Source of the DNA: a virus
Length of the DNA stretch: 64,000 nt
Direction: 5' to 3' (one strand)
Virus record (IMG/VR): IMGVR_UViG_3300035146_000036
Both the position numbers and the translations under genes were made by a program. The first letter of the stretch is position 1; each line of letters starts with the position of its first letter. Below the pieces are notes generated by a model that made no database searches, was not told the DNA's origin, and worked only from the letters and a program-made list of their open reading frames with translations. Positions 55,870 through 64,000 of this stretch are shown piece by piece.

Positions 55870-57558
55870 TTGCTAGAAAACGTGGTCTTCGGTTTAAGAG
55901 CTGGAGAAAGTGGTGATATTATGAGCATGAGAAAGATTTTAATCGAATCAACTCCTGTAACTCTTTCATTGGTAGAGGGTGCCGGAAATAAGACTATAGC
56001 ACGTGGTGAATTTGGTCGTTGTGATGTTCCAACTCAGAATGGTAGGGTTTATCCTCAGAGATTAATGCAGCGAGAAATTGATCGTCTTCAAGAAGATTTG
56101 TCTCATAGGAGAATATTAGGTGAACTTGATCATCCTAGTGATGGAAAAACATCATTGAAGCGTGTTAGTCACGTGATAACTGGGTTGAAAATAAAAGATG
56201 GTATTGTAATAGGTGAAGCAGAGATTCTTAATACTCCTGAAGGAAAGACGTTGAAGGCTCTTATAGAGGCTAACGTTCAAGTTGGAGTATCAAGTAGAGC
56301 ATATGGTTCTACTGCACCTGCAAAGGGACAATCAGAGGCAGAAGAAGTTCAAGATGATTTAATTTTGAAGACATATGATTTTGTTGCTGATCCTGCTGTA
56401 AAAACAGCTGTTCCTGGTATTTATACTGAAGATGTCGATGATCCAACATTGGCTAAGATGTTTTTAGATGAGTTTCCAGAAGTTGCAGAGTCTTTAAAAA
56501 ATATGAATGATGGTGTTTTGTCTGAAGAGAAATTATCAGATAAAAATAAAGAAGCACCAAAGAAGGATAATGTTTCTGAACAGTTTGAAAGAAGACTTCG
56601 TGACGAAATTCTTGAACTAAAGGAAGTTGTTAGACAGGAAATAATTGAAGAGGTAGAAGCTGATCCTGAAATTGCTGGTTCAAAAGCTGTATTGTCAGCT
56701 ATAGCTGAAATGGTGAGTGCTTATAAAAAAGATCCTAATGAGGATGATATAAAAGCTACTATTAAAGCTGGTGAGCTTCAAGTATCAGAAGCAAATAGAG
56801 AACGTGACGAAGCAATTGAAGAGGCTAAAGTATTAAAATGTTGGCTTGAAATTGAAAAAAAGATTTCTGGTCATCCAATGATTGAGTCAATTAGGAGTCT
56901 TTTGAATGGTAGAAAATTTGAATCAGCTGAAGATGCTGTTTCCGTTGTAGATACTATTTTAAAAGACCTTCCAGAGGGAGAAGTAATAAAAAAAGAAGAG
57001 GCAAAACTTCGCGAAGAAAATATAGAATTGAATGGTAAAATAACCCTGCTGCAAAGCAAGGTTGAAGAGTTGTCTAGTAAATTGTCGAAAGCTGCTAAGT
57101 TGGGAGAGCGCATAGACCTTCAAAGACGCAAAGAGATTGAAGAATATGAGTCAAGAATTTCAAAGATTGAAATTGAATCTCAAAATGCTATTAAAGAAGC
57201 TGAAGAAGCTAAATTAAAAGCAAAAGAGAGTAGTGAATTGGCTCGTAAAAAGTTTGAAGAAGCTGATTTGAAAGCCTATAAGCTTGAGAAGGTTGCACGT
57301 TTCACTAATGGTAGAGAGTTGATGGCCTTAATGGAAGATGTCCATGATCGGTCTCGTGTTGATACGTTGATTTCTGAGAGAGGGTTGACTGAGTTAGGAG
57401 ATCCTACTCTTCAACGAATGAGAAACTCACTTGGTAAAGGACAAGTGAGTGAAAAACCAATTGTTGAAGAAACAATTCCAAAGAAACAATTCAGAACTGA
57501 GTTAGGACATGACCTTGGTGAGATTGTTACTTTGGCTGGGATTTCCAAGGTGGATTAA
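55870..57558 (+). CDS. prohead protease fused to coiled-coil scaffolding domain (start possibly ATG 55921)
   Basis: N-terminal ~180 aa matches HK97-type prohead serine protease pattern (GELDHP.DG......VSHVITGLKIKDG.VIGEAEIL.T..GK.LKALIEANVQVGVSSRAYG); remainder is E/K-rich coiled coil. Confidence 0.65.
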   Translation: MLENVVFGLRAGESGDIMSMRKILIESTPVTLSLVEGAGNKTIARGEFGRCDVPTQNGRVYPQRLMQREIDRLQEDLSHRRILGELDHPSDGKTSLKRVSHVITGLKIKDGIVIGEAEILNTPEGKTLKALIEANVQVGVSSRAYGSTAPAKGQSEAEEVQDDLILKTYDFVADPAVKTAVPGIYTEDVDDPTLAKMFLDEFPEVAESLKNMNDGVLSEEKLSDKNKEAPKKDNVSEQFERRLRDEILELKEVVRQEIIEEVEADPEIAGSKAVLSAIAEMVSAYKKDPNEDDIKATIKAGELQVSEANRERDEAIEEAKVLKCWLEIEKKISGHPMIESIRSLLNGRKFESAEDAVSVVDTILKDLPEGEVIKKEEAKLREENIELNGKITLLQSKVEELSSKLSKAAKLGERIDLQRRKEIEEYESRISKIEIESQNAIKEAEEAKLKAKESSELARKKFEEADLKAYKLEKVARFTNGRELMALMEDVHDRSRVDTLISERGLTELGDPTLQRMRNSLGKGQVSEKPIVEETIPKKQFRTELGHDLGEIVTLAGISKVD

Positions 57559-57588
57559 CAACGATCACATTTTAAGGAGAGTTAGATT

Positions 57589-59205
57589 ATGAGTACAGAG
57601 GCAAGGCAGCTTCTAGAAATGGCAGGGCCAAATACTATCCATGATGATAGTTATGCGAATGCTTGTATTTCTAAATGGAAACCATTATTAGAATCAACTG
57701 GTAAAGATGACCCAATTGAAATTCCATGGAATAGGAAAGTTACAGCTGTTCTTCTTGAGAATGAGATGCAGCATCTCAAACAACTCAATGAAGATACGTT
57801 GTCAACAAATACTGGGTATTTCACCAAGTATACATTCCCGATTCTTAGGAGAGTATGGCCGAATCTGATTGCAAATCAAATTGTTAGTGTTCAGCCTATG
57901 ACTTCACCTGTTGGTGGTATTTTCTATTATGAAAGACGATACACTGATAGAAAAGGCACAAAAGTTCCATATCTCGGGATTTCGAATGATCCAACAGATA
58001 TGAACTATGATGGTGAATTGGATGCTGGCGATAGTATGGTTCGGAATTTTGGTAGATACTATTCGTCTGAGTTTGTGGATTATGATTGTGTTTGTACGGA
58101 TACTGGAACGAGTACATCTTCTTTAACGAATGCTTCTACTAATTGTAGGACTACAGATTGGTCTCCAATTCGTGCTAATGGTACCGTTGGTCAGCGTACA
58201 TTTTATGTTAAATTCTATTATTCAATGGCGACTGGTCCAGTAGATGTAATTGCGACTATGAATGATGCTGGTAATTTGATTGATAATACTGCAAATACGA
58301 ATAATGTTGGTACATTTGATATTACTGACGGTACTTGGTCAATTACTCCAGCGGATGCTTCTGGTAGTGCAGATAATTTTGAGGATAATACTGTTGTTTA
58401 TGTTCAATATTTTGTTGAGTGGGAGAAAGTTTATCAGACTAGTGGAGCTAAGATTCCTAGCGTTGATTTAAATATAACGCTTCAAACTGTTCAGGCAGAG
58501 AGCAGGAAACTTAGGGCGCGTTGGACGGTGGAAGCTGTTGACGATATGCGTGCACTTCATGGAATAGATGTTGAAACTGAGATTGTTTCAACATTTAGTC
58601 ATGAAGTTATGCTCGAAATTGACCGGGAGATAATTAATGATTTAATTGATGGAGCTATGCATGCAGCTTCGTTTGATTATTTCAATGGTGGGAGTGTTGT
58701 TCCAATCCCTGGTGAGATTGAGCTTATTCGTAGATTGATTACTGTAATTGGTTCAATGTCTGCACAGATTCATAAGACTTCAGGAAGAGCACCTGCTAAT
58801 TTCTTGGTTGTTGGACCTGCTGTAGCATCATTACTTGATCAACTTTCTACGCATGGAGATTATGCATCGATAGAGCAACCGATTCTTCAACCATCATATG
58901 GTCCAGTGATGGCAAATTATGGTATTTGTAGGATAGGTACTCTTCTTAGAAAATGGACTGTTTATTTGAATCCATTCCAAGATGAGACTAAGATTCTTGT
59001 TGGTTTAAAAGGTCGTGGTTTTATTGATGCTGGATATGCATATTGTCCATATGTGCCACTTCAAGTTACACCTACGTTCCTTGATCCTGATGATCAAACA
59101 TTTAGGAAGGGAATCAGGACAAGATATGCTACTAAGATGCTTCGAAAGGAGTATTATGGTGTTATTACTTGTTCTAATCTTCCATCTGTTACTAGTACTC
59201 CTTAA
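57589..59205 (+). CDS. putative major capsid protein
   Basis: 538 aa immediately after protease/scaffold; strong RBS aaggagagttagattATG; strong terminator follows. Confidence 0.55.
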   Translation: MSTEARQLLEMAGPNTIHDDSYANACISKWKPLLESTGKDDPIEIPWNRKVTAVLLENEMQHLKQLNEDTLSTNTGYFTKYTFPILRRVWPNLIANQIVSVQPMTSPVGGIFYYERRYTDRKGTKVPYLGISNDPTDMNYDGELDAGDSMVRNFGRYYSSEFVDYDCVCTDTGTSTSSLTNASTNCRTTDWSPIRANGTVGQRTFYVKFYYSMATGPVDVIATMNDAGNLIDNTANTNNVGTFDITDGTWSITPADASGSADNFEDNTVVYVQYFVEWEKVYQTSGAKIPSVDLNITLQTVQAESRKLRARWTVEAVDDMRALHGIDVETEIVSTFSHEVMLEIDREIINDLIDGAMHAASFDYFNGGSVVPIPGEIELIRRLITVIGSMSAQIHKTSGRAPANFLVVGPAVASLLDQLSTHGDYASIEQPILQPSYGPVMANYGICRIGTLLRKWTVYLNPFQDETKILVGLKGRGFIDAGYAYCPYVPLQVTPTFLDPDDQTFRKGIRTRYATKMLRKEYYGVITCSNLPSVTSTP

Positions 59206-59277
59206 CGGGATGTGTTGCTCCATTCAATGGGGTGTGGATTGAAACAGTGGTAGTATAGTATTGTGACCAATTGTTAA

Positions 59278-59311
59278 GGGTCGGGTCGATATCGGCTCGA
59301 CCCTTTTTTTA
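59278..59311 (+). terminator. rho-independent terminator
   Basis: GGGTCGGGTCGATATCGGCTCGACCC hairpin + TTTTTTT. Confidence 0.7.
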
Positions 59312-59322
59312 GGAGATTAAAA

Positions 59323-59868
59323 ATGCCAAAATATAAGATGAAAAATGGTCAGAAGCGACAACAGTTTTGTGGTGGTATAACTAGAATTATAAATAATGGT
59401 TCTAAAGCTAGTGGTATAAGAGATTTTGTTTTTGAACCAGGTGAGATTGTTGATACTGGCGATTTTAATCTTAATTGTTGGGTTAGAGATGGATATCTTA
59501 TTGAAGTAAAAGATGAAGTAGAAGATGAAATAAAAGATGAAATAAAAGATGAATGTTTGGATGAGGATTTAGATAAAAAGTTGGATATAATTGAGAATAT
59601 TTCTTTAGAATCAGATTCGATTGATAATTTTAGTATTGTTGATTCTAATATAGAAGAAAATGATAAAATAGATGGTGATGATGAAGATAATTGTGACAAA
59701 GAAGATAATAAAGAGTTTAATAATTCAGATGATATTAATAATGAAGTAGGTGATTATGTATCAGTAAAAGGTGGTTTTAGATGTCTTTCTTGTGGAAAGT
59801 TTCTTAAAAGTGAGAAGAGAATGATTACTCATGTAGATAGAAAACATAAAGGGTTGAAATTGTATTAA
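59323..59868 (+). CDS. acidic repeat protein with C-terminal C2H2 zinc finger
   Basis: DEVEDEIKDEIKDE tandem repeats; CLSCGKFLKSEKRMITHVDRKH. Confidence 0.5.
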   Translation: MPKYKMKNGQKRQQFCGGITRIINNGSKASGIRDFVFEPGEIVDTGDFNLNCWVRDGYLIEVKDEVEDEIKDEIKDECLDEDLDKKLDIIENISLESDSIDNFSIVDSNIEENDKIDGDDEDNCDKEDNKEFNNSDDINNEVGDYVSVKGGFRCLSCGKFLKSEKRMITHVDRKHKGLKLY

Positions 59869-60576
59869 ATGGAGGATTCCATGAAAAAAACATTATTTGA
59901 GAGTAGGCTTGATAATACAATTGATGCAGGTTTAATAGGGATTGGTGAGACAGTAGAGGTTAGAAATAAAATGGGTGTTCATGTTGCTGTGGGAGAGGTA
60001 GTGGCTGTTACACCTATGGGTTTATCTATTAGAGAAAATGGTTTTTTTGATCGAGATTTATATTTATTTTCTGTTTTAGAGCCAGAACAATTGGAAGTTG
60101 TTGGATATAGTTTATTGAGTTCACCTGATGATCGTGTAGCTAAAAGATTAGCTGAGCTTGGTGAGGAAGTACCAATAAATGAAGCTGATAAAATGGATAA
60201 TTATGTAAATAAAGATAATGGTAATAAAGATGATGGTAATAAAGATGATGAAGATGAAGAAGAAGATGATGATGATAAAAAAGACAAAGAAAAAGGGAAG
60301 AAATCTAATGGTGATATGGAACCATTAGCAAAACCGGAATCATCGGTGGATGTTGATTCACTTCCGGAAGATATAAAAAAATCTATTATATCAATTGTTC
60401 AGATGAATGAAGACCAACTTAATGGTGTGCTATCTGAAATAGGAGATGCTACAGTAAAGGCATTAAAGAGAGTAAATATAAAGGAACCTGAAATTTATAG
60501 TGTTGTTGGTAAAATACAAGATTCTGCAGAGAAGATATTGACATCACCTATTAAGCGGTCAATTGGGAAGAAATAA
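59869..60576 (+). CDS. acidic hypothetical protein
   Basis: ORF track; D/E/K low-complexity centre. Confidence 0.5.
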   Translation: MEDSMKKTLFESRLDNTIDAGLIGIGETVEVRNKMGVHVAVGEVVAVTPMGLSIRENGFFDRDLYLFSVLEPEQLEVVGYSLLSSPDDRVAKRLAELGEEVPINEADKMDNYVNKDNGNKDDGNKDDEDEEEDDDDKKDKEKGKKSNGDMEPLAKPESSVDVDSLPEDIKKSIISIVQMNEDQLNGVLSEIGDATVKALKRVNIKEPEIYSVVGKIQDSAEKILTSPIKRSIGKK

Positions 60577-60581
60577 TCATT

Positions 60582-61322
60582 ATGAATTGTGGAGTAGAAT
60601 GGAGTGATAATAGAGCAACTGATGTTGTGAAAGAATATATTCTTGATGAACTAGGTTGTGATGTCATAGGTGTTGAGCTCACGGATAAGCATTTGGAGAG
60701 TGCTATTCGTAAGGCACAGGAATATTGGTTAATGTGGGTTGGTAGGGTACGTTCCGTTGATTTGACGCTTACTAGTGCTAGGGAATATCCTGCTTCTGTC
60801 CTTGGTCCAGATGTTGATAGTGTAGTTGATGTTTATTTCGATGCTTATGATTCTTCTTTGAAAGATATTTTTGGGTGGGCAGATGTAGAGATAAATCCAT
60901 TTCAATATGTTTATGAAGGGAGAGGGGGATATTCTGGATTAGTTCAATATATGATGTATCGGGATGATGCTAAAAAAATTGTATCAGCTGACCGAGATTG
61001 GCAATGGGATAAGTCTAGGCGTATATTGGTAATATCTCCAGAGAATAGTAATACTAGGAAGATAAAAGTTGTTTATCTTTCAAGATGTTTTGATTATAAT
61101 TATTTAAGTACATATGAGTGGCATCTATTTAAGGAATATGCTTTAATGAGAGCAATGAAAACTTTGGCTACGATTAGAATGAAATATTCTGATAAGCCAT
61201 CTGCAACAGGTACATATACAATGGATGGTGAAACGATGTATGCAAATGCTGAAGCTATGGAAATGCGACTTGAAGAGAAGATGCGGTTGATGCAACATCC
61301 AGTTGGGATAATGACCGATTGA
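60582..61322 (+). CDS. hypothetical structural protein
   Basis: ORF track. Confidence 0.5.
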   Translation: MNCGVEWSDNRATDVVKEYILDELGCDVIGVELTDKHLESAIRKAQEYWLMWVGRVRSVDLTLTSAREYPASVLGPDVDSVVDVYFDAYDSSLKDIFGWADVEINPFQYVYEGRGGYSGLVQYMMYRDDAKKIVSADRDWQWDKSRRILVISPENSNTRKIKVVYLSRCFDYNYLSTYEWHLFKEYALMRAMKTLATIRMKYSDKPSATGTYTMDGETMYANAEAMEMRLEEKMRLMQHPVGIMTD

Positions 61323-61337
61323 TAGAACTAATTTTTG

Positions 61338-61353
61338 GCGAACTCGAGTTCGC
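61338..61353. promoter_or_regulatory. palindrome copy 12
   Basis: Exact; 18 nt before ATG 61372. Confidence 0.7.
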
Positions 61354-61371
61354 AAGAGGGAGAATTTTAAA

Positions 61372-62253
61372 ATGGAAGACATCGCAAAGTTTCGCATTTT
61401 GACAGAACAAGTTCTTAGTGAAGATGAAAAAAAACTTACTGGAATAGGGCTTCAAAACAAACAAAGGCGTGAATTAGATGAGGAAGTTGTTGGATATAAG
61501 ATAGAATCTTCTAAAAAGGAAGAAGTTCCTTCTTTGGTTTCAGATAATGATAGTGATGATTTGGTTTTTGTTTTTGAAGATGAAGAAGATGCTGTGGATA
61601 TGTATTCTTTTTTTGTTGAATCAAAATTTTTAGATGTTGGTGAAATAGTTTTGAGGAATGTTAATGAGGAACATACTGTTTCTTTTAATTCTAATGTTAT
61701 TACTATGAAACCAGAACTGATTCAAGCAGCATTGTTAGCATATGAAGATCGTTTATATGTTGAGACAGAAGATGAATTGAAAGCTTTTGAAGATGTTATA
61801 GAAGGTCTTACTGATTTGTTGGAAGCATCAGGTACAAGAACATCTGGAGCGCCAAAGCGCAAAAAAGGAATGGGTAATCCTTTTCATGATAGAGATGATG
61901 GTAAGTTTTCTGGTGCAGAAAGTCATGCATCAAAAGGTGGTGGGTCTTGGGCTATTGGGAAAAGGAAACTGAAATTTACAGGTAAGGGTAAAAATAAGGA
62001 TGGAGGATTGCTTGTAAAATATGGGTCAACGAAGCATCCATGTGGGCGTGCCGCACGTAAACAAAACAAAGATGTTAGATGTTGGGATGGTACAGAAATT
62101 GAAAGTGTTGAGAATAATGATACCGTTATTGAAGGTAGAATTGGTAAAAGACTTTCTAGAATAATGAAGGGAAAGAAGATAACAAAAGAAGGTATAAATA
62201 TTGCTGATCTTTCTTTTATAATGGAGATGAGAGCTAAATATAATAATATGTGA
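61372..62253 (+). CDS. hypothetical structural protein
   Basis: ORF track; follows palindrome copy 12 + AGAGGGAG RBS. Confidence 0.5.
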   Translation: MEDIAKFRILTEQVLSEDEKKLTGIGLQNKQRRELDEEVVGYKIESSKKEEVPSLVSDNDSDDLVFVFEDEEDAVDMYSFFVESKFLDVGEIVLRNVNEEHTVSFNSNVITMKPELIQAALLAYEDRLYVETEDELKAFEDVIEGLTDLLEASGTRTSGAPKRKKGMGNPFHDRDDGKFSGAESHASKGGGSWAIGKRKLKFTGKGKNKDGGLLVKYGSTKHPCGRAARKQNKDVRCWDGTEIESVENNDTVIEGRIGKRLSRIMKGKKITKEGINIADLSFIMEMRAKYNNM

Positions 62254-62266
62254 TTTGGAGAAATGA

Positions 62267-62851
62267 ATGGGATGTATAGGCAAGGGGTACTGGGGTTCTC
62301 AAGATGAGGATTATTTTAAGGCACAAGAAGCAGAAAGGATTGCTTCTTCTGGTACATCTTGTGAATATTATTCTTTGAATAGAGGAAAGAATGTAGATCC
62401 TCTTTATGGTGAACCGGATAATGATCCTCTTTATGGTGGAACGAATCCAAAATCACCTATTGGTACATCTCAAACTCACGATCTTGCGTGGAATTTTTGT
62501 CCAGATATAGCACAAGGTGATTCTGCTATTATTATTCCATGTTCTTTTCAATATGAAGAAGCTGAAAATAGAAGTCCAATGGTTAGACCAGAGGGTAAGA
62601 TTGTGGAATATGATGCAGTAATGTCTATTGCTGTTAATCATTGGATTTGTGAAATTTTAGAATCTGGGTTGATTTGTTTGAGTGGTAGGGTACCAAAAGA
62701 AGATGATGTTGTTTATTGTTTTAATGAATGGTGGGATGTTGTTAAAGTTGGTGGGTCTGGATATATATTGGGAACACCTATTTATGTTGGATATAAATTT
62801 GAGTTAAAAAAGAGAACTCAATTTACTCCTGATAGAAAAGTTGATTTATGA
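62267..62851 (+). CDS. hypothetical structural protein
   Basis: ORF track. Confidence 0.5.
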   Translation: MGCIGKGYWGSQDEDYFKAQEAERIASSGTSCEYYSLNRGKNVDPLYGEPDNDPLYGGTNPKSPIGTSQTHDLAWNFCPDIAQGDSAIIIPCSFQYEEAENRSPMVRPEGKIVEYDAVMSIAVNHWICEILESGLICLSGRVPKEDDVVYCFNEWWDVVKVGGSGYILGTPIYVGYKFELKKRTQFTPDRKVDL

Positions 62852-63219
62852 TAACAAAAGAAATGATTGATGTTGAGTTGTCAACTGGGTTGTGTTTTGT
62901 TTGTTCTTCTTGTGAACATTGGCATAATTCAAAGGGGAAAGAACATATTTTAATGTGTGGTCATGATAGATGTGGTGGTCCAATGGTTGGTCGTGGATTT
63001 CCTGAATACAAAGGGCCATATGAAAATAAATTGTCGGAATATTGTTTTATATGTGGGAAAGATGCAGATGGTTCTATTAAAATAGGTGATAGATTGCTTG
63101 GGTTTTGTAAAAATGTTGGTCCAAATAATGAAACATGTTTTGATAAAATGAAGAAAATGCTTTCTGGTAATAAAGTAATTGCAAAAGAGATTGTTGTTAA
63201 TAAAATTGATAGTATTTAG
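62848..63219 (+). CDS. Cys-rich protein
   Basis: ORF track. Confidence 0.5.
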   Translation: MITKEMIDVELSTGLCFVCSSCEHWHNSKGKEHILMCGHDRCGGPMVGRGFPEYKGPYENKLSEYCFICGKDADGSIKIGDRLLGFCKNVGPNNETCFDKMKKMLSGNKVIAKEIVVNKIDSI

Positions 63220-63221
63220 AT

Positions 63222-64000
63222 ATGGCCAACTATAATGCTACAACAGATATGACACTTGAAGCAGCAATTGCTGCTGGTCCTATGACTAATGGCGATAATC
63301 TTACGATTAGTAATAATGCTATTGTAACGTGTACTCAAACACCTAGTATATTAATGGGTAGAGTTATAGGTGATAGTGGCGAGTTATTTTTAGATGGTAA
63401 GAATATTTCTAGTGGTAATTTAATAAATTTTTGTGGAGAATATCAAGAAGCAATTTATCTTTATTTTAAAGGCAAATTGAGAGTTGATGGAGATTGGTAT
63501 TTAATAGGTACTACAAATGGTACAGACAGTCAGACTTTTAATCTTGCTTCATATTGGGGAGGTAGTCTTGAGGATTTAATACCTGCTATATGGGTTGAAA
63601 CTGGAAGAAGAATAGATTTTGATAATGATTCAGGAGAGACACCAGAAATAGGAGATTGGCTTTACAAGACTTCTGATGATTTAGTTATGGGAAGGATTGT
63701 AGAGGTACAATCTACTTATGTTGTGGTAAAATTTTTAACAGGAAGCCTTGCTGATAATGATGGAATAGAGATAAGAAAAATAGTTGATAATGAAGGTCCA
63801 GATTATCAAGTTTCGTGGACTGCTCAAGTTGCAAATGCAAGTGGTGATATAAAAGAGTCAGGAGTATATCAAGAATTTGCTAATGTTATTGCGAATAGTA
63901 CAAGTTATATAAGTACATTTAATCATCATTTGGGAGGGTTTGTTTTCGAACATACTTTTCAATCTAATACATTAACGATGGGTTCTAGTGTTGGGGGTGG
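63222..64000 (+). CDS. hypothetical structural protein (partial, runs off window end)
   Basis: ATG 63222, open to 64000 in frame; G/T/S-rich beta-type composition typical of tail/fibre proteins. Confidence 0.45.
   Translation, partial: MANYNATTDMTLEAAIAAGPMTNGDNLTISNNAIVTCTQTPSILMGRVIGDSGELFLDGKNISSGNLINFCGEYQEAIYLYFKGKLRVDGDWYLIGTTNGTDSQTFNLASYWGGSLEDLIPAIWVETGRRIDFDNDSGETPEIGDWLYKTSDDLVMGRIVEVQSTYVVVKFLTGSLADNDGIEIRKIVDNEGPDYQVSWTAQVANASGDIKESGVYQEFANVIANSTSYISTFNHHLGGFVFEHTFQSNTLTMGSSVGG

Noticed and set aside
1-64000. Integrase/att sites, DNA polymerase, lysis cassette
   Set aside because: No tyrosine or serine recombinase motifs, polymerase motifs, or holin/endolysin pair were recognisable in this window. 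They may lie outside it.

Overview
This 64 kb window reads as part of a large, AT-rich (about 32-35% GC) tailed-phage or prophage genome. More than 130 tightly packed genes lie on the + strand; the minus-strand ORFs look like antisense artefacts. The first ~49 kb carries roughly 100 small early/middle genes, many of them Cys4 zinc-ribbon proteins. This region contains: (a) a sigma-70-family sigma factor and an HD-domain CCA-adding tRNA nucleotidyltransferase; (b) nucleotide metabolism genes: ThyX, dCMP deaminase, dTMP kinase, a DHH/DHHA1 phosphoesterase, a HAD-motif protein and a pyruvoyl-type S-adenosylmethionine decarboxylase; (c) an SNF2-family helicase; and (d) several toxin-antitoxin or anti-defence-like genes (HicB-like, three Lar-family paralogs, a Panacea-domain protein, a split HigA-like/XRE regulator, a ribbon-helix-helix protein). 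An RNA island at 45.6-47.2 kb holds a tmRNA, a tRNA-Pro(UGG) and three further tRNA-like genes that appear interrupted by insertions. From 49.5 kb onward comes a late structural module: small terminase, large terminase, portal, two unknown proteins, a prohead protease-scaffold fusion, the major capsid protein, acidic proteins and further structural ORFs. Two sequence-level signals stand out: (1) a perfect 16-bp palindrome GCGAACTCGAGTTCGC present 12 times, usually just upstream of a ribosome-binding site, and (2) about 11 host-type TTGACAAA-N17-TATAAT early promoters. The most unusual gene is an 884-aa protein at 30675..33329 that is homologous along its whole length to the eukaryotic major vault protein (MVP); I do not recall this being described in phages. 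Host is inferred to be a low-GC bacterium with sigma-70-like promoters, AGGAGG ribosome-binding sites and some TTG/GTG starts.
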